DNA from: an uncultured Nitrosopumilales archaeon
Lineage (GTDB): Archaea; Thermoproteota; Nitrososphaeria; Nitrososphaerales; UBA213
NCBI GenBank assembly: GCA_964373125.1
Contig: CAYJSN010000001.1
Coordinates: forward strand, 34,130 to 98,129
Direction of reading: 5' to 3'
DNA: 64,000 nucleotides
Part shown: positions 1-8,774 of the stretch, piece by piece
How the letters are laid out: every line of letters starts with the position of its first letter
Numbering within the stretch: position 1 is the stretch's first letter
Made by a program: the position numbers and the translations under genes
Notes under the pieces: model-generated
What the model was told of the DNA's origin: nothing
Seen by the model: only the letters and a program-made list of their open reading frames with translations
Databases searched by the model: none

Positions 1-2031
1 CTGCCCGCGAGCTTCGTCAGCCCGTCGGACGGGACCGGGATCGTAATGTCAGTCCCGGCGCATGCGCCGTACGACTACCAGGCGCTCGAGGACCTGAAGC
101 AGAATGAATCGTTGCTCTCGAGCTTCGGGTTCGGCAGCGATGATGTTGAGGCACTGAAGCCGATCGTGATAATCGAGTCAGAGCGCTACAAGGCCAATGA
201 AATACCGGCGCTGGCGGTGATAAAGAGCCACGGTGTGAAGACGCAGGAGGACCCGAAGCTCGAGGACGCGACGACCGATCTATACTCGCATGAGTTCTAC
301 AAGGGCCGGATGCTCCCCAACACGCTCAGGTACGCGGGCAGGGAGGTCGCGAGGGCAAGGAACGATGTGAGGACCGACCTGCTGGAGGCGAAGGATGCCG
401 ATACCATGCTGGACCTGATAAGGCCGGTGAAGTGCAGGTGCGGCGCCGACTGCGTTGTAAAGTTGCTCAGCGACCAGTGGTTCCTGAACTACTCTGATCC
501 TGACTGGAAGGCGCGTGCACACCAGTGCCTGAGTTCGATGCAGCTGATGCCGGAGGAGATAAGGCAGGAGTTCGAGTACACGATCGACTGGCTGAAGGAG
601 CGCGCCTGCGCCAGAAAATCCGGCCTCGGCACCAAACTACCGTGGGACGAGGCGTGGATAATCGAGAGCCTCTCCGACTCGGTCATCTACATGGCGTACT
701 ACATAATCGCCAAATATGTGAAGCGGGGCGTCCTCAACGGGGCGAATGTAAACGACGCATTCTTCGACTACGTGCTGCTCGGCACCGGCGATGCCGGGAG
801 CGTCGCCAGCTCGTGCAAGATACCGCCCAACCTGCTGAGGCAGATAAGGGACGAGTTCGAGTACTTCTACCCGGTCGACAGCAGGCACTCGGGCAGAGAC
901 TTGGTGCCGAACCACCTCACCTTCTTCATCTTCAACCACATTGCGATATTCTCTGAACAGAAATGGCCGAGGCAGATCGTGGTCAACGGGAGCGTGCTGA
1001 TGGAGGGAAGGAAGATGTCCAAGTCCCTCGGCAACATTGTGCCATTGAGGGGCGCGATCAGGGAGCACGGCACCGACCCGATCAGGGTATCTATGCTCGT
1101 GGCAGCAGAGCTCCTGCAGGATGCTGATTTTACGCTTGATGCAGTCAAGGGGATAAGGGAGCGGCTGGAGCGGCTCCACGCGACCTGCGAGGAGTTCAGG
1201 CAATCCAAAGCTGGGACAGGAGAGCTGACGGCGGAGGACAGGTGGCTCCTCAGCAGGCTGCAGCACACGATACGTATCACGACCGAGGCGATGGAGAAGC
1301 TCAGGGTTAGGGAAGCCGTGCACAATGTGATCTACGCGATGGACCAGGACATGCAGTGGTACATGAAACGTGCATCTGCGAAGAGCAGGAGCAGTGATCC
1401 GTTAGCAGGCGTTGTCAGGCAGGTGCTCGACGCGAGGATCAGGATGCTCGCACCCTTTGCGCCGTTCATCGGCGAGGAGATGTGGAGGCTGCTTGGTAAT
1501 ACCGGTCTCCTTGCATCCGTGAGCTGGCCTGGGGTCGATGAAGCCAAGTTTGATTTTGTGGCGGACGAATCGGAGGCGCTCGTATCGAAGCTCCTGGAGG
1601 ACGCGCAGAACATACTCAAGGTCGCGAAGATCAAGCCGAAGAAGATATTCATCTACACCGCCGCGGGGTGGAAGTGGGAGGTCTACAACAAGATCCTGAG
1701 GACGATCATCTCGGGGAAGAAAAACTTCGGCGAGATAATGAAGGACCTCGTAAGCTCGGGCGACGAGGCAGCAAAGAACGCGAAGCAGTCACCCGAGATG
1801 GTGAAGAAAATCGTGGAGGACATACTCTCGGACCCGGTGGACTCCCGGGAGCGGAAGGCCGCGATCCGGCAGCTCGACGAGATTGCGGTATTCGAGGACG
1901 CGAAGAGCCTGCTCGCCAGGGAGCTCAGCGCCGAGATCATCGCATACAGGGAGGACGACGGCCAGAAGGTGGACCCGAAAAACAAAGCAAAGGCAGCCAG
2001 GCCCTACAAGCCCGCACTCTACATGGAATGA
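1..2031 (+). CDS. leuS: Leucyl-tRNA synthetase, C-terminal ~675 aa (5' end outside window)
   Basis: Frame is open from base 1 (LPASFVSPSDGTGIV precedes the listed Met at 46). Has the KMSKS motif (RKMSKSLGN) and a class Ia LeuRS-like body. Confidence 0.93.
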   Translation: MPASFVSPSDGTGIVMSVPAHAPYDYQALEDLKQNESLLSSFGFGSDDVEALKPIVIIESERYKANEIPALAVIKSHGVKTQEDPKLEDATTDLYSHEFYKGRMLPNTLRYAGREVARARNDVRTDLLEAKDADTMLDLIRPVKCRCGADCVVKLLSDQWFLNYSDPDWKARAHQCLSSMQLMPEEIRQEFEYTIDWLKERACARKSGLGTKLPWDEAWIIESLSDSVIYMAYYIIAKYVKRGVLNGANVNDAFFDYVLLGTGDAGSVASSCKIPPNLLRQIRDEFEYFYPVDSRHSGRDLVPNHLTFFIFNHIAIFSEQKWPRQIVVNGSVLMEGRKMSKSLGNIVPLRGAIREHGTDPIRVSMLVAAELLQDADFTLDAVKGIRERLERLHATCEEFRQSKAGTGELTAEDRWLLSRLQHTIRITTEAMEKLRVREAVHNVIYAMDQDMQWYMKRASAKSRSSDPLAGVVRQVLDARIRMLAPFAPFIGEEMWRLLGNTGLLASVSWPGVDEAKFDFVADESEALVSKLLEDAQNILKVAKIKPKKIFIYTAAGWKWEVYNKILRTIISGKKNFGEIMKDLVSSGDEAAKNAKQSPEMVKKIVEDILSDPVDSRERKAAIRQLDEIAVFEDAKSLLARELSAEIIAYREDDGQKVDPKNKAKAARPYKPALYME

Positions 2032-2074
2032 GCCGCAAAATAGCATTTATTACAGAGCCGGAGGAAGAAAGTTT

Positions 2075-3079
2075 GTGCGCATAGCAATCGTGGGCATCGG
2101 GGTGGCGGGCGCCTACCTTGCCAACAGGCTGAGCGAGAAGCACGATGTTGTCGGGTTTGAGCGGATGCACGAGGAGAGCCATGACTCGATCTGCGCTTGG
2201 GGCACCGCAAGGGGTGGCATGTCGGGCTTTGCAAAAAAATGTGGACTGGACTTTGACAATTACGTCCTGCACGATGGCCTGACCCTGCACGTCGATGGCG
2301 GCCGGAATACTTTTGATATCAGGCTGAAAGGGCTCTGCACCTACGACAAGATCGGCCTGATACGCGACATGGCAAAGGGCGTGAAGATCAGCTACGGGAC
2401 CTCGCCGGCGCGTCAGGATCTGGAGAAAGACTTTGATCTCATAGTCGACGCCACGGGATTCCACAGGCCGCTATTACCAAGGCCGAAGTACGAGCTCTGG
2501 GTCCCGACGATCCAGTACAAGGTACAATATGAAAGAAGACTGTACGACGACTTTCTCATCAGGCCCTTCCCCGGGATGACCGGCTACTTCTGGTACTTCC
2601 CCCTCGAGAACGGCTACGCCCACGTCGGGGCCGGCGACTACAACAGAAAACACATCGAGATCGTAGATGCCTTCCTGAGGGAGCACGGCGGGAGGGTGCT
2701 GAAGAAGGTCGGCCGCCCGATACGGCTCAGCCCGCCCGCGCTCTGCGAGCCGTTCTTTGACGGCAGGGTCGTCGGCGTCGGCGAGTCGATCGGGACGGTC
2801 TTCGCGCTGCTGGGTGAGGGCATAATCCCCAGCACGACGTGCGCCGACCTGCTGGCCGAGAACGTCGACGACCTGGAACGGTACAGGCAGGAAGTGCTTG
2901 ACAAGTTCAAGGTCTACCTCGACGTCTTCAACTTTGTGCGCAGCAAGTGCAGCGACGAGTTCAGCATGGTGAAGTTCCTGCCCTCGCTCATACGGATCTA
3001 CAGGTACATGCGGGCCCGCGAGGCGCGGTTCGGGATGGAGATGAAGATCTCCGACCTGATGAAGGTAGCCAAGATGTAA
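2075..3079 (+). CDS. FAD/NAD(P)-binding oxidoreductase (geranylgeranyl-reductase-like)
   Basis: GTG at 2075 follows ggaggaag. N-terminal Rossmann GxGxxG (IAIVGIGVAGAYLA). The listed TTG start at 1883 overlaps leuS and is unlikely. Confidence 0.6.
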   Translation: MRIAIVGIGVAGAYLANRLSEKHDVVGFERMHEESHDSICAWGTARGGMSGFAKKCGLDFDNYVLHDGLTLHVDGGRNTFDIRLKGLCTYDKIGLIRDMAKGVKISYGTSPARQDLEKDFDLIVDATGFHRPLLPRPKYELWVPTIQYKVQYERRLYDDFLIRPFPGMTGYFWYFPLENGYAHVGAGDYNRKHIEIVDAFLREHGGRVLKKVGRPIRLSPPALCEPFFDGRVVGVGESIGTVFALLGEGIIPSTTCADLLAENVDDLERYRQEVLDKFKVYLDVFNFVRSKCSDEFSMVKFLPSLIRIYRYMRAREARFGMEMKISDLMKVAKM

Positions 3080-3093
3080 CAGGTGCCGACTGA

Positions 3094-3813
3094 CTAGCCG
3101 GAGCGCAGGTCTACTATGCTTATCGAGCCGTACCCCTCGGCGGTGGTCCTATTAACATCGCTGGTGTAGGCGGTGATCCGTTTTGAATATTCTTCCAGCA
3201 CGTCCCGCATATCCTGGACCGAGCCGGAGACATAAAATCCCGGGCAGTTGCCGTCGAACTGGAAGGTTGCGTGCACCTGCGGCCTCCCGCCGGATATCGT
3301 CGTCCACGACGTGAAGGGGTAGATCTGGCAGCACCCAGGTCTATCCGGATGGAGCCCGCAGTAGCCGCTACCGTCGAGGAACCTGCACCTGAGTGGCGTG
3401 CCGTCCTGCTCGTCCTGCTCGTCCTCTTTGCGCTTGAGCGAGATCATTGAGATGGTCGTGCTGACCGGCCCGAAGGGCTCCTGCTCTGTCCAGGTGGAGA
3501 CCCTTGTCTCCTTCTCCACGAACTCTGGTTTTGAATGGCCGAGCTTCTTCGATATCATCTCAATATCCCTCACAGTGAGCGGCAGCCTGCCCTGCTTCTC
3601 GCAGCAGTTGTGGCAGTCAGGCCAGAGGCACTTCCACAGCACATAGGCATTGTCATTGGCGAGCGTCGGGATGTGGAATATCACGTTGTTCACCTCGACC
3701 GCGGTGTCCCTCACATCGGATCGGCGGCCGAGCGTGAGATCGTAGACGCGCGGATCGATCTTCCAGTTCTTTGAGAGCTCGACCAGTGCGGCTCTTAAAT
3801 TACCGTCTTCCAT
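3094..3813 (-). CDS. Cys-rich YkgJ/UPF0153-like putative Fe-S/zinc protein
   Basis: Motifs CLWPDCHNCC and CRFLDGSGYCGLHPDRPGCCQIYPF. Confidence 0.55.
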   Translation of the reverse strand: MEDGNLRAALVELSKNWKIDPRVYDLTLGRRSDVRDTAVEVNNVIFHIPTLANDNAYVLWKCLWPDCHNCCEKQGRLPLTVRDIEMISKKLGHSKPEFVEKETRVSTWTEQEPFGPVSTTISMISLKRKEDEQDEQDGTPLRCRFLDGSGYCGLHPDRPGCCQIYPFTSWTTISGGRPQVHATFQFDGNCPGFYVSGSVQDMRDVLEEYSKRITAYTSDVNRTTAEGYGSISIVDLRSG

Positions 3814-3830
3814 AATTTTATATTATATTA
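3814..3830 (+). promoter_or_regulatory. AT-rich TATA-like element upstream of 3851 (near-leaderless mRNA expected)
   Basis: aattttatattatatta is centred about 29 nt upstream of the ATG at 3851. Confidence 0.35.
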
Positions 3831-3850
3831 GCGAGACTTTAAGCCTACCT

Positions 3851-4177
3851 ATGCTCAGGACAAAGGGCAAGTATGCTTCTTCGACCGAGAACCGGCGGCT
3901 GGTCTGGGAGAACCTGATCTGGCCTATGGTGCTGGAGACCCAGAGGCACTACTTCTCGATCGAGGAGTACCACAAGATTCGTGACGTGTTCTGCGAGCGG
4001 GAGGACATAAACCCGTCAAAAATTGCCGGCGGTTTCGTCTCGCTAATAGTGAAGGGACTGCTGATAAAGGACAGGGACAAGGATGTCTACTCCGTACATT
4101 ACAGGATCATACCCTACATGCACAGGAAGATGAAGCTCGACTACGGCCAGGCAGTAAGAGAGATCGTCACCAAGTAG
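3851..4177 (+). CDS. Hypothetical protein (possible winged-helix fold)
   Basis: 108-aa ORF with its own TATA-like element and coding-like composition. No recognisable motif. Confidence 0.45.
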   Translation: MLRTKGKYASSTENRRLVWENLIWPMVLETQRHYFSIEEYHKIRDVFCEREDINPSKIAGGFVSLIVKGLLIKDRDKDVYSVHYRIIPYMHRKMKLDYGQAVREIVTK

Positions 4178-4248
4178 CGCCCTGAATGATGGCATTCTGA
4201 AGGAGCACGAAGTAAAAGAACAAATACCTAATGTACATTGACCCTACC

Positions 4249-4386
4249 AGCCCGGAAGCCCGGTCGAGACGCAAGTCGCCGAATCTAGCGGTCAAGGAAG
4301 GGCTAGAAACTCCTTGAGTACCAGGCTCTGGATCCGCTAAGAGAAGAAACCTGGTGACAGCAGTTCGAATCTGCTCCGGGCTACCA
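4249..4386 (+). tRNA. tRNA-Gln(CUG)-like gene with a canonical anticodon-loop intron and an over-long, interrupted 5' half
   Basis: Acceptor AGCCCGG/CCGGGCT with A73 and encoded CCA. T arm AGCAG-TTCGAAT-CTGCT (4359-4375). Anticodon stem CCAGG/CCTGG with CU-CUG-G loop (anticodon 4328-4330) and a 17-nt insert at 4332-4348. The D-arm region is about 45-60 nt too long. Confidence 0.6.
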
Positions 4387-4410
4387 CTTATCCTCTAGAA
4401 ACCAAGTTCG

Positions 4411-5463
4411 TTACTGTTTGAAGGCGTAGCTGTAGCTCGCGCCAACCACCCTGCCGCCGTCAACAATGAGATATTCCCTGCGTAGCGGTTTTCCTTCCAG
4501 AAAGCGTTCAAGGCACTCCCTGACGCCTTCTGCGTACCGCCCCTGCGCGTCCAGAGTCGTGCCGGAGTAGTGCGGCGTCATGGCATGGCCGGGCATGTGC
4601 CGCCAGGGATGGTCGGGTGGAGCAGGCTGGGGATACCAAACATCGCCGGCGTAACCTGCAAGATGACCGCTTGCCAGAGCTTCCACGAGCGCGTCCCGGT
4701 CGACGATCCTTCCCCTGGCCGTGTTCACTAGGTAGGCGCCTTTCTTCATTCGGGAAAACATAGCACGGTTAAACAGCCCGTCGGTCTCCGGTGTGAGTGG
4801 CGTGTTAATCGTGATGACATCACATTGAGCCGCAAGGTCATCAAGCGCGGCGTACCGGACGCCGAGCGCCTGCTCCTCTACGGCACCGAGGCGGTTGTTG
4901 TCGTAGTAAAGCATGGCGATGCTGAACGGTTTGAGCCGGGCACAGATCCTCTGCCCGATCCTTCCGATTCCGACCGTTCCAACCGTCTTGCCTTCCAAGT
5001 CACGCGACCTGGCGGCCATCTCTGCGATATCCCACCTGCCGTCAAGCACCTGTTTGTGGGCGGGGACAAAGTTGTGCAGCAGGACTAGGATCAGCATAAC
5101 CGCGTGTTCGGCCACGCTTACCGCGTTGGAGCCCGAGATCTCCGCCACCGTGATCCCCCGCTCGGCGGCTGCGGCCAGGTCGATGTGATCAGACCCGACA
5201 CCGGCGGTCAGTATCAGGCGGAGTTTCTTGGCTCTGGATATCCTCTCCCTGGTGGCATAGGCGGGCCAGAAGGGCGTGGTGATCAGGATATCCGCGTCAG
5301 GCAGTTGCTTATCGAGCTCGGCTTCCTTGTCAGTTATCACAACCAACTCGTGGCCGCGCTTCTGCAGGAACTCTCGCAGGCCCAGCGCGTTCTCCGCGCA
5401 GCCCAGCAGCTCCGGAACCTTTGCGCTGGGTCCCCCCGGATACAGCACCGCGACGATCTTCAT
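4411..5463 (-). CDS. NAD-dependent formate dehydrogenase (D-2-hydroxyacid dehydrogenase superfamily)
   Basis: Near-collinear with the classical FDH signature: PFWPAY..ERI..AKKL.L..TAGVGSDH.DL, GTVGIGRIG, GYAGDVW.PQPAP.DHPWR.MP...MTPH.SGT. Start taken at MKIVAVLY; the alternative Met is at 5487. Confidence 0.85.
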   Translation of the reverse strand: MKIVAVLYPGGPSAKVPELLGCAENALGLREFLQKRGHELVVITDKEAELDKQLPDADILITTPFWPAYATRERISRAKKLRLILTAGVGSDHIDLAAAAERGITVAEISGSNAVSVAEHAVMLILVLLHNFVPAHKQVLDGRWDIAEMAARSRDLEGKTVGTVGIGRIGQRICARLKPFSIAMLYYDNNRLGAVEEQALGVRYAALDDLAAQCDVITINTPLTPETDGLFNRAMFSRMKKGAYLVNTARGRIVDRDALVEALASGHLAGYAGDVWYPQPAPPDHPWRHMPGHAMTPHYSGTTLDAQGRYAEGVRECLERFLEGKPLRREYLIVDGGRVVGASYSYAFKQ

Positions 5464-5520
5464 TCCCTGCCGCACGAAGTATGGCACGGCGATGAAATAA
5501 ACATGGCGGAAGTGAGGTGC

Positions 5521-6732
5521 TTACTTCAATCTCTTTTCCAAGTTCGCAACCTTCTCTCTCATCTCCTGGATCCAGAGGTACGGAACCCTGTACTCGTCGT
5601 AGAGGCCGAGGATCTCCCTGTAATGCTTGAGCGCGCTACTAGGATCCTTCTTCTCGACTGTCTGGGCCTCGTGTAGCAGGATATACAGCTTTGCGAAGTT
5701 GGGTGCTGCAAAGCCCAGCAGGATCTGGATCGCCTGCTTCATCTCCTTCGCCGATGGTGTGCCCTGCATCTTCTCGATTATGAGATCAAACTTTCCTGCA
5801 TCGGCCGGGTTGACCCTGCCCATAGCATCCTTCAGCAGCGTGAGCAGGTAGAGAATATCCTCCTGCTCCTCCTTCGGGGGGATCGGGCTCCTGCAAAAGT
5901 CTGTCTTCGCAGAGCCGGCCACCCGCTCGACCAGCTCAATCACGAAGTGCAGATCCTTCTCCAGCAGGCCGTAGGAGAGCTTCTCGGGCGTATCGTCCCT
6001 GCCGTGGTAGTCGGGATGGATGCCGTTGCTGATGAAGATGGCCGGAATCTTCTTCTCCACAAAGGGGATATAGTTCCCCATCACGCCCGTCAGCAGGTCG
6101 GTGCGGAACCTCACCTTCATGAGATCAGTAGTACATCCTCCTACGACCTCCTGCAACATGAGCGAGCGCTCCAAGCCCAGGACGAAGAGCAGGTCGCTCG
6201 AGAGGAAGCTCCGTCCCAGGGTATCGAGCGTGATGAGCGCGGCTGTGCGCTTCAGCTCGAAGACCGGGTTCTGCACGTAGTAGGTGGCGCCCTGCATCAG
6301 CTGCTTCCTCTTCTTCACCATCAGGACTGGCTCCTCGCCGTCAAGGCAGGCAAAGAGGATGCTTCTGCTGAGATTCTTCCTGCTACTCAAAATCCTTGCG
6401 AGCTCTAACATAACTGCGACCCCGGCGGCGTTGTCGCTGGCGCCCGGGAAGCCCTCGCCCATGTGATCCTGGTGCGCGTCGATGATCACGCACTCGCGCG
6501 AGAGCTCCGGGTCGCTGTCGCGAAGAATACCAAGAACGTTCTGCCCGCCACCGGGGAGCGGCTGCAGGTAGTTAGGATACTGCTCCGGAGCTATCAAACC
6601 GTACTCGGCGAAGCGTTCCTGCACGTACGCCGATGCAAGCCTGTCGCCGTCGGTCCCGAACTCTCTCCCGTTCATCTGCGCCGAGGTTAGGTTTTGTACA
6701 TGCTGGCGCAGACTATCGACCGATGCTTCCAT
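5521..6732 (-). CDS. M28-family Zn aminopeptidase
   Basis: DAHQDHMGEGFPGASDNAAGVAVMLELARIL metal-ligand block typical of peptidase M28. Confidence 0.8.
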   Translation of the reverse strand: MEASVDSLRQHVQNLTSAQMNGREFGTDGDRLASAYVQERFAEYGLIAPEQYPNYLQPLPGGGQNVLGILRDSDPELSRECVIIDAHQDHMGEGFPGASDNAAGVAVMLELARILSSRKNLSRSILFACLDGEEPVLMVKKRKQLMQGATYYVQNPVFELKRTAALITLDTLGRSFLSSDLLFVLGLERSLMLQEVVGGCTTDLMKVRFRTDLLTGVMGNYIPFVEKKIPAIFISNGIHPDYHGRDDTPEKLSYGLLEKDLHFVIELVERVAGSAKTDFCRSPIPPKEEQEDILYLLTLLKDAMGRVNPADAGKFDLIIEKMQGTPSAKEMKQAIQILLGFAAPNFAKLYILLHEAQTVEKKDPSSALKHYREILGLYDEYRVPYLWIQEMREKVANLEKRLK

Positions 6733-6796
6733 CGCGAAATAGAGATCATGGTTTGTATTTTATCTTACCCATGGGAAAAGTTTTGCTGCCCGTGCT

Positions 6797-7399
6797 TTAG
6801 CGCGAGGCCATCGCCACGCGTTCCTGCTCGTGCTTCTTCTTTATCGCGAAGCTCTCCATCTCCTTCTTGGACGCGAGGATTATCTCGTCTGCCAGGGTCT
6901 CCTCGATCGTCTTCGGCTTGGAGAACGCCGACTCCTTTGCACCCTCGGTTATGAACCTCAGTGCCAAGTCGATCCTGCGCAGCGGCGATACGTCGACCGA
7001 GACGTGGTAAACGACGCCGCCGTAGACTATCCTTGTGGTGTCCTCGTTCGGGGCAGCGTTCTCGATCGCCTTGACCAGCACCGCGACGGGGTTCTGCCCC
7101 GTCCTGAGGTGTATTATCTCGAACGCCGTTTTTACTACGTTGATGACCCTGGCCTTCTTTCCACCCATCCTTCCCGTGTTCTTGGCGTACTTCTTGCCGA
7201 AGTGCATCAGGTTGTTTGCCAAGCGCTCCACGATGTTGATGTCGGCCTTCCCGAACCTCTTATGCTCGGCCCTGCCGAAGCTTGTCGGGGCGTTCATCGG
7301 CTTGAGCGAGAGCACCCTCTGCAGCCCCGGGTCCGCGACCGTGACCTCGGTGAAATCCCACTTGTCAAACAATGTTAGGTTTGTGGCCTGCTTGCTCAT
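6797..7399 (-). CDS. rps7: 30S ribosomal protein S7 (uS7)
   Basis: Conserved uS7 sequence, located immediately downstream of rps12. Confidence 0.95.
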   Translation of the reverse strand: MSKQATNLTLFDKWDFTEVTVADPGLQRVLSLKPMNAPTSFGRAEHKRFGKADINIVERLANNLMHFGKKYAKNTGRMGGKKARVINVVKTAFEIIHLRTGQNPVAVLVKAIENAAPNEDTTRIVYGGVVYHVSVDVSPLRRIDLALRFITEGAKESAFSKPKTIEETLADEIILASKKEMESFAIKKKHEQERVAMASR

Positions 7400-7407
7400 C
7401 GATCAGC

Positions 7408-7848
7408 TCACCGCCGCGGCTTCTCCTTCCTTCCGTACACTAATTCCTTCAGGGAGACGCCGTTAACCTTGAAGACCTGCCACCTGACGCCCGGGATGTC
7501 ACCCATCGCGCCGCCCATCGAGCCGCCTATCCCCTCGACCATCACCTCGTCGTGCTCGTCCACATAGTTCATGGCTCCGTCCCTCGGCAGGAACGCTGTG
7601 ACAGTCTTGCCGTTCTTTATCAGCTGAACCCTGACGCACTTCCTTACCGCAGAGTTGGGCTGCTTTGACTCCACGCCGACCTTCTCCAGGACTATCCCCC
7701 TTGCCTGCGGGGAGCCCTCGAGCGGGTTGGCCTTCTTGTCCAGCATCAGCATCTTCCGGTTGTAGTGCTTGTCGGACCATCTGAGCCGGCCGCGCTTCTG
7801 CTTCAGCACGCGTCCCGAGAATAGCCCTAACGGAGATTTCTTGGCCAT
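7408..7848 (-). CDS. rps12: 30S ribosomal protein S12 (uS12)
   Basis: [22 protein letters not shown] signature. Confidence 0.95.
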   Translation of the reverse strand: MAKKSPLGLFSGRVLKQKRGRLRWSDKHYNRKMLMLDKKANPLEGSPQARGIVLEKVGVESKQPNSAVRKCVRVQLIKNGKTVTAFLPRDGAMNYVDEHDEVMVEGIGGSMGGAMGDIPGVRWQVFKVNGVSLKELVYGRKEKPRR

Positions 7849-7854
7849 ATCAGA

Positions 7855-8310
7855 TCACATCAGGTCCTGCTCCGGACCCACGATGAGAACGTTGGATATC
7901 TGGAAGTACCGCCTGGAGAGCAGCCTCGCCTTCTCTGCGTTCCTGCCCTCCCTGCCGACAACGATCCCCTTCTTCTTTGGATCGACGACCGCGCGCGCAA
8001 CTTTTACACCCTCCTCACGCTCGCTGATCTTGACATCCAGCACCGAGCCGGCGCCAAGCATGTTCCTTATGAACTCGGCCGGGTCGTCGGAGTACTCCAC
8101 AAGCTCGATCTTCTTCCCCACGATCCCCTGGAGGCTCTTTATCGTGGAGCCGCTCTTGCCTATAGCGAGCCCCATCTCGCCCTTGTTGACGATGAATATC
8201 ACCCTGTCCAGCTTATCGTCCAAGACGCAATCCCTTGCTGTAGCTCCGGTTATGCTGTGAAAGAGCGACATCAGCTGCAGCTCCTGCGATGTTAACTTGA
8301 TCTCGGTCAT
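7855..8310 (-). CDS. nusA: Archaeal NusA-like termination/antitermination factor (two KH domains)
   Basis: GxxG KH motifs (IGKSGSTIK, VGREGRNAEKA). Conserved position after rpl30e. Start taken at MTEIKL (8310), not the listed 8349. Confidence 0.85.
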   Translation of the reverse strand: MTEIKLTSQELQLMSLFHSITGATARDCVLDDKLDRVIFIVNKGEMGLAIGKSGSTIKSLQGIVGKKIELVEYSDDPAEFIRNMLGAGSVLDVKISEREEGVKVARAVVDPKKKGIVVGREGRNAEKARLLSRRYFQISNVLIVGPEQDLM

Positions 8311-8462
8311 ACTGCTTCGTCGTCCAACACACGCGTACACAAGCCTCATTTAAACCTTAACACAACATCTCCACGATTTTGACAAAATTGTCAAAGTCCG
8401 CGATCCGGCAGTCCAGAATCTGGCAAATTTTCGGACGATGAGGCATGCCGTTACCGGCCTGC

Positions 8463-8774
8463 TTACTTTGCTTCCGCGAGCAGCTCCGATATCGAGTCGT
8501 CTGCCGAGTCGACCGAGAGCACCGAGACCCTGAAGGGCCTGTTGCAGAGCCTGCCGAGCTCCACCGACGTGTCGGCAAAGTTGTAGACCGGCACCTTCGA
8601 TGAACCTGCTGCGTCCATGATCTCCTTCGCGGCGTCTGCCGGCAGCGAGCTGGAGCGCACGATAAGCTTGGACTTTTTGTTTTTTACTGAACCTAGCACT
8701 TCCCTGCTACCGAACCTGCAGCTCTTGTTCGAGAGCGCGTTCCTGATAACCTTCTGGAGCGCCCTGCTACTCAC
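8463..8774 (-). CDS. rpl30e: 50S ribosomal protein L30e (eL30)
   Basis: L30e-like sequence with a GTG start overlapping the rpoA stop by 8 nt. Conserved operon position. Confidence 0.9.
   Translation of the reverse strand: MSSRALQKVIRNALSNKSCRFGSREVLGSVKNKKSKLIVRSSSLPADAAKEIMDAAGSSKVPVYNFADTSVELGRLCNRPFRVSVLSVDSADDSISELLAEAK

Noticed and set aside
1883-2074. Upstream extension of the oxidoreductase ORF (TTG 1883).
   Set aside because: It overlaps the leuS 3' end in another frame and encodes an Arg/Ser/Thr-rich tract. The Rossmann motif directly follows GTG 2075.
4185-4248. Possible C/D-box sRNA (ATGATGG ... CTGA) upstream of tRNA-Gln.
   Set aside because: The putative C and D' boxes are only about 6 nt apart, and no C'/D pair or terminal stem could be found.
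8357-8578. 73-aa ORF in the rpl30e-nusA spacer.
   Set aside because: It overlaps rpl30e in another frame and is Arg/Ser-rich, with no support as coding.
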